Part shown: one piece after another, positions 60,071 to 64,000 of the stretch
Layout: every line of letters starts with the position of its first letter
How positions within the stretch are numbered: position 1 is the first letter of the stretch
Origin: a virus
Length of the DNA: 64,000 nt
Strand: one strand, 5' to 3'
IMG/VR virus record: IMGVR_UViG_3300042691_007361
Location: 32,001-96,000 of that record
Position numbers and translations under genes: made by a program
The notes under the pieces: generated by a model
The model's input: only the letters and a program-made list of their open reading frames with translations
Told to the model about the DNA's origin: nothing
The model's database searches: none

Positions 60071-61108
60071 TTAGATTACTCTTGTTCCTGTATAGTAATT
60101 AAAGTAAGTTGGATCAATAGGATATGACTTAAACATATCATAATATTTTCCATACTGTGCTCTGCGGTTAGCCCACCACAGTTTCTTCATCTCCTCAAAG
60201 TTTGGAGTATTGACTAAACCTAGAGCCTGGTTTCTTGCTGTGCGGTATCTTCCTTCTATAAGTTGTATTCTATTAGATACATCCTCACCATTCATATAAA
60301 GATTCTCAAGTATTCTTTGTTTAAGAGCATACTCATAGTACTCATTAAGAAGTGCGTGATCCGGTACAAGAATATTTCCTTCATCATCTTCTAACTCACC
60401 TTGATAATTTACATACACCTTACATGTGTTTAGAGTAGTAAATAAAAAACCATTCTTAATCCATCCTTGGTTAGGTGTATTAAAGTATAAGTTAGGACAC
60501 TCGCATTCTATATTCTGACTTGGCTTCATTCTTAATGGAAGCAAAGTAGTGAACTGTCTTGTCTGTCCTGTAGGCATAATTTGTATTAACTCATACTTCT
60601 CTCCCTTACAGTTCATGAATACGCGCGGGCGTATACAAGTATCACCATAAGGGTTATTTGGATCATATGCATCAGGAATATAATTACCTGGTAATGTATT
60701 TAACTCACATCCAGCAGTATGATTACACGGATTAGCATTACATACTGAACAGTTAACTGTTGGAGGAGCACATTGATCTACAGTACTTGGTACTTCTCTA
60801 TAAGGTACTTCTTGTATATTAGTTCCTCCAATATCATATCCTGTATGTACATTAAACTCTCCACAGATAAATGCAAAGTTCCATGTATAGAAGTCATCTG
60901 GTAATTTTACCTTACCATGTTCTACTTCTAACAATACTTCCTTCTGCTGGTTTATTCTTAAGCCTAAATCATAATTGCATCTTCTAGCTACTTTGATAAG
61001 TGTCTGAGGATCAATCATATTCTCAAGTGCATAAACTTGAAAGTCAACCATTACATCATCAAGAAGTTGATCTAAGGTTCTATATTTTAGAGTGTAATTA
61101 AAGTCCAT
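60071..61108 (-). CDS. Putative tail ring / tubular protein
   Basis: Position and motifs (KVKLPDDF, YQG...DEGNILVPD...YYEYAL), with a Cys-rich insertion. Confidence 0.55.
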   Translation of the reverse strand: MDFNYTLKYRTLDQLLDDVMVDFQVYALENMIDPQTLIKVARRCNYDLGLRINQQKEVLLEVEHGKVKLPDDFYTWNFAFICGEFNVHTGYDIGGTNIQEVPYREVPSTVDQCAPPTVNCSVCNANPCNHTAGCELNTLPGNYIPDAYDPNNPYGDTCIRPRVFMNCKGEKYELIQIMPTGQTRQFTTLLPLRMKPSQNIECECPNLYFNTPNQGWIKNGFLFTTLNTCKVYVNYQGELEDDEGNILVPDHALLNEYYEYALKQRILENLYMNGEDVSNRIQLIEGRYRTARNQALGLVNTPNFEEMKKLWWANRRAQYGKYYDMFKSYPIDPTYFNYYTGTRVI

Positions 61109-61779
61109 TATCTAAGTGCATTTTGGCTATCATCAGCTCCATCTGTTGGAATCTTAATTGACGTAGCAAGTTCTTGAATTACATATTGCTCAATCTCAGA
61201 AAATAAATACTCTGGTAGAGTAAGGTTCTGATCTTGTTTTACTACACATTGATCTTCAGGATTACATTGGAAGTCACCAGTTGATCCTTCAAAGATTGCT
61301 TCTATTTTAATAGCATCCCATTCTACATTTGGTAAATAGAGATACCCATTGTGAAACCAGAAGTATGCTCTTTTATTATATTTGAATGTAGTTGTTTTTG
61401 TCATTGAGGCAAAAGTACCGGGCTCAGTACGGAATACTTTTATACTACCATCTATTGAAGATACTGTACGGAATACTGGACCAAAAGCTCCTGTAAATAC
61501 ATTAGGTAGTTTTTCCTTGGTTCTTTTGAAATAACATTCTGAGTATACTCCTGTACAATCTGCTTCTACCCTATCTACATCAATTAACTCAACATACTGT
61601 AGATATGTAAAGAGAGAACTAATCTTCATTAGTTTATTCTGATTGTCTTCTCTTTTAAGTAATGTCTTACCGTATTTTATAATAGCAAAGTAAATACTTC
61701 TGTCTGTAAGAAATGGATCTTCCTTTACAGCTTTAAGTGCAGTTCTTACTCTTGATATTGCTTCACCTATTGTTGTCAT
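61108..61779 (-). CDS. Putative tail ring protein
   Basis: YFWFHNGYLY, IEAIFE and a C-terminal LP...I...EL...P.D..DD pattern, in the tail module context. Confidence 0.55.
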   Translation of the reverse strand: MTTIGEAISRVRTALKAVKEDPFLTDRSIYFAIIKYGKTLLKREDNQNKLMKISSLFTYLQYVELIDVDRVEADCTGVYSECYFKRTKEKLPNVFTGAFGPVFRTVSSIDGSIKVFRTEPGTFASMTKTTTFKYNKRAYFWFHNGYLYLPNVEWDAIKIEAIFEGSTGDFQCNPEDQCVVKQDQNLTLPEYLFSEIEQYVIQELATSIKIPTDGADDSQNALR

Positions 61780-62360
61780 AAATCAAACTCATTATAGTCT
61801 TTTAAATTAGACTGTAGTTTTCTATCTCTTATACCTTGTAGAACTAGAGCAGTATAGGCCTTCTTCATTTTAGTTGTTGCATCTATACTAACATATATTG
61901 TCCAGTTCTCCGGATACGTTTTAGCTACAGTTCTTTTAAAGTTTCTACATGCTGTAAAACTCCAGCATTCTCTAAAAGTATATTTGTATTTACTTGCAGA
62001 GCATGTGTAAAATATCTTAGCAAGTTTACCATCTGTCTCCCAGTTTTTATTGTTTACAGTTACTCCATATTTTGAGGACTTACCATAATCAATGTTTCTT
62101 CCTTTTACAGATTGACAGCTTCCAATAAACAAGTGTCCTAATCCTTCTGGTAATTGAACACCATCTCTTGTTTCTATTACAGTTTCAGCAAGAACTTCAT
62201 TAAACTTTTTGACAATCTTTTTGATATCACTTTCTGTTACATCTTTATACTTGCCAAACTTTTCTTTAAAAGCTTTAAAGAAATCCCTGTTTAAAACACT
62301 GTAAGCCTTCTGTCTAAATCTTGGAGCCTTTACATTTGGTAACTTAAACTCTTTACTCAT
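61776..62360 (-). CDS. IHF/HU-like DNA-binding protein
   Basis: Basic protein with DIKKIVKKFNEVLAETVI...GVQLPEGLGHLFI and FTACRNFKR, matching the HU/IHF fold pattern. Confidence 0.65.
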   Translation of the reverse strand: MSKEFKLPNVKAPRFRQKAYSVLNRDFFKAFKEKFGKYKDVTESDIKKIVKKFNEVLAETVIETRDGVQLPEGLGHLFIGSCQSVKGRNIDYGKSSKYGVTVNNKNWETDGKLAKIFYTCSASKYKYTFRECWSFTACRNFKRTVAKTYPENWTIYVSIDATTKMKKAYTALVLQGIRDRKLQSNLKDYNEFDL

Positions 62361-62370
62361 ACCATACTAT

Positions 62371-62402
62371 TTAATATACAAAAAATTATGCACTTTAGCA
62401 AA
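62371..62402 (-). promoter_or_regulatory. Putative promoter TTTG-N20-TATATTAA
   Basis: Lies just downstream of a terminator and 10 nt before ATG 62360. Confidence 0.55.
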
Positions 62403-62408
62403 TATACA

Positions 62409-62443
62409 TAAAATAGAAAACCCCGGGCTCATTTGCCCAGGGT
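62409..62443 (-). terminator. Rho-independent terminator
   Basis: Minus-strand ACCCTGGGC-AAATGA-GCCCGGGGT followed by TTTCTATTTT. Confidence 0.75.
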
Positions 62444-62486
62444 CTCCACTTGTTAGCCACAGAAACCAACAAACTGCGACATATCT

Positions 62487-63041
62487 TTAAACAGGAGAAA
62501 TACTAACAGCAGTGTAATATGCTGTAGCAATTTGTCCAACTGAATCAGTTACTTTTACTTTAAATAGGCAAGTAGCAATTTCTCCTGCAGTAAAACCATC
62601 ATATACGTTTCCTGTAAGATTAAGATTAACTGAAGATCCATTAGTTGCTCCAGCAATAGAAAATCCTGCAAAAGCGTTTTGCTCAATTGTCCATTCATAT
62701 GTAAATGGTGCAGTACCATTTGTAAGTGTAGTAGTTAGTGCTCTTCCTGCTTGCTCATCAAAACTAATATCAACAGCAAACGTTGGACAACATTGAGCTG
62801 GAGCAGGATTACAAAAATAATCCACTACTTGATTTAATGCATCTGCTACAGTATCATTAGTTGCTACTACAGTATCTTGATCACAAATAATTGGATCTCC
62901 TGTATAAACTATACACTGAGCATCAAATACTTCTGAGCATGGTTGAGGATCTGGACATCCTTCTGGTGTTGGACATGGTGCTGGAGTTGTAAGGAAACTA
63001 TCCTTACATCCACAATTTATATTTGTATGATTACAAGCCAT
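62487..63041 (-). CDS. Cys/Pro-rich virion protein with Ig-like (SprB/PKD-like) C-terminal domain
   Basis: N-terminal CNHTNINCGC...PAPCPTPEGCPDPQPC, and C-terminal NGTAPFTYEW...KVKVTDSVGQ. Confidence 0.6.
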   Translation of the reverse strand: MACNHTNINCGCKDSFLTTPAPCPTPEGCPDPQPCSEVFDAQCIVYTGDPIICDQDTVVATNDTVADALNQVVDYFCNPAPAQCCPTFAVDISFDEQAGRALTTTLTNGTAPFTYEWTIEQNAFAGFSIAGATNGSSVNLNLTGNVYDGFTAGEIATCLFKVKVTDSVGQIATAYYTAVSISPV

Positions 63042-63043
63042 GA

Positions 63044-64000
63044 TTAATATTTTATAATATATTGCATTACAATGTATGGTTGCATGTTGCCATGTGGTAA
63101 GCCTTGAAGTGTTGGTGAACCATCTCCAGTTGTTCCAGATAAAGTTCCTGATAAACTGTGAGTATGTGCTCCTGCATCTGCAATATAAGCACCATTACCA
63201 CCTGCTCCAGTTTGAGGGGTAGTATCATAATCACTACCTGTATCAGAAGTTAATGTTATTGCTCCTGATCCTGCAGTGTTATTATTATCTGCCCAAATAC
63301 CATGACGGTGTGTACCCGCTGATCCTGTTGTACCTGATAATGTACCGCCTGATAAATCATGTGTATGTGGTGGAAGTTGTGCATCACTTAATGTTTCAAC
63401 TCTATTCCCACCTGTATTACTTACAACAGATAAGTTATAACCATCAGCATTAGTTCCTAGTCCAACAGGTATTCTATTTGCCATTACTGGTAATCTAAAT
63501 GAGCCAGGGCCTAAACTACCGTATGTTGTTCCAATTGCTGCCCATAAGTCCGGATAGGCAGCTTGAGTTACATAATCCCCATCACATAGTAACCATCCAA
63601 TTGGAGGAGTTGGATTAGGACTAGCCCATGGAACAACTACACCTGCTGGCATAAATGCAGCTGAGTTTACATCATATGTTGTTGTATTAGTTACAGCATC
63701 ATATGATGATGTTACTGTTATACTTCCTGATCCTGTTACTACGGTTTGAGCATAGTTAAAATCATAGAAAAAACATATGCTTGTCCAAATATTACTAATT
63801 GCATCTGCTAGTGTTGCAGGCGGATTAATCCATCCTGGTTGAGAAACAATATCAGAATTAAAATATGTACTCCCTGTAAGTGTACAAGATGGATTTAGAA
63901 CACTTGTTATGTCTCCAAGATTTCCTGATGACGCACACCAGACATCAAGAAATGCTTCAAACAATGTATCAAGTGCTACATCTTGACCAGCTAGATACGG
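63044..64000 (-). CDS. Tail fibre protein with phage tail-collar domain (partial, starts beyond the right edge)
   Basis: MPAGVVVPWA...PIGWLLCDG...YPDLWAAIGTTYG...FRLP collar motif, HxH motifs, and a C-terminal HGNMQPYIVMQYIIK. The frame is open to base 64000. Confidence 0.88.
   Translation of the reverse strand, partial: PYLAGQDVALDTLFEAFLDVWCASSGNLGDITSVLNPSCTLTGSTYFNSDIVSQPGWINPPATLADAISNIWTSICFFYDFNYAQTVVTGSGSITVTSSYDAVTNTTTYDVNSAAFMPAGVVVPWASPNPTPPIGWLLCDGDYVTQAAYPDLWAAIGTTYGSLGPGSFRLPVMANRIPVGLGTNADGYNLSVVSNTGGNRVETLSDAQLPPHTHDLSGGTLSGTTGSAGTHRHGIWADNNNTAGSGAITLTSDTGSDYDTTPQTGAGGNGAYIADAGAHTHSLSGTLSGTTGDGSPTLQGLPHGNMQPYIVMQYIIKY

Noticed and set aside
1499-63453. Many 60-150 aa ORFs nested in or antisense to long genes (e.g. 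4469-4723, 23163-23609, 33446-33907, 35516-35935, 44167-44517)
   Set aside because: They lie wholly within well-supported genes, have the S/L/F/I-rich composition typical of shadow frames, and show no motifs.
1-64000. Stop-codon reassignment, as in some crAss-like phages
   Set aside because: Genes up to 11.8 kb are uninterrupted in the standard code, and TAA, TAG and TGA all end well-coupled genes.
1-64000. CRISPR array, tRNA or rRNA genes, introns, transposases or integrase
   Set aside because: Intergenic gaps are under ~130 nt, with no repeat-spacer periodicity or cloverleaf seen, no split core genes and no recognisable recombinase.

Overview
This 64 kb window is part of an AT-rich dsDNA phage genome with a Crassvirales (crAss-like) layout. 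The host is probably a Bacteroidota, judged from TAnnTTTG-type promoter boxes and A-rich ribosome-binding regions without Shine-Dalgarno motifs. Two gene blocks converge on a bidirectional terminator at ~19011-19047. The + strand block (1-19030) holds replication, repair and accessory genes: UDG, DnaB-like helicase, AAA_24 ATPase, putative SSB, primase, GIY-YIG nuclease, DUF6878/DUF6915, a vWA-peptidase plus MoxR-like AAA pair, PD-(D/E)XK exonuclease, PolB, DUF932 and a MazG-like enzyme. The - strand block (19046-64000) holds virion genes: tail fibre, IHF-like protein, tail ring and muzzle proteins, four glycine-motif internal proteins, and three giant cargo proteins including a 3935-aa virion RNA polymerase. 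Three signals stand out. (1) The three giant proteins (7882 aa in total) appear to contain only four cysteines, all at the termini that face the next protein, suggesting a head-to-tail disulfide-linked ejection chain. (2) The virion RNAP carries a C-terminal clamp-motif, RNase H and ASCH appendage. (3) A recurring xxxGG motif and shared mini-modules run through the internal proteins. No tRNA, rRNA, CRISPR array or genetic-code reassignment is apparent. All family calls come from motif reading by eye, not database searches.
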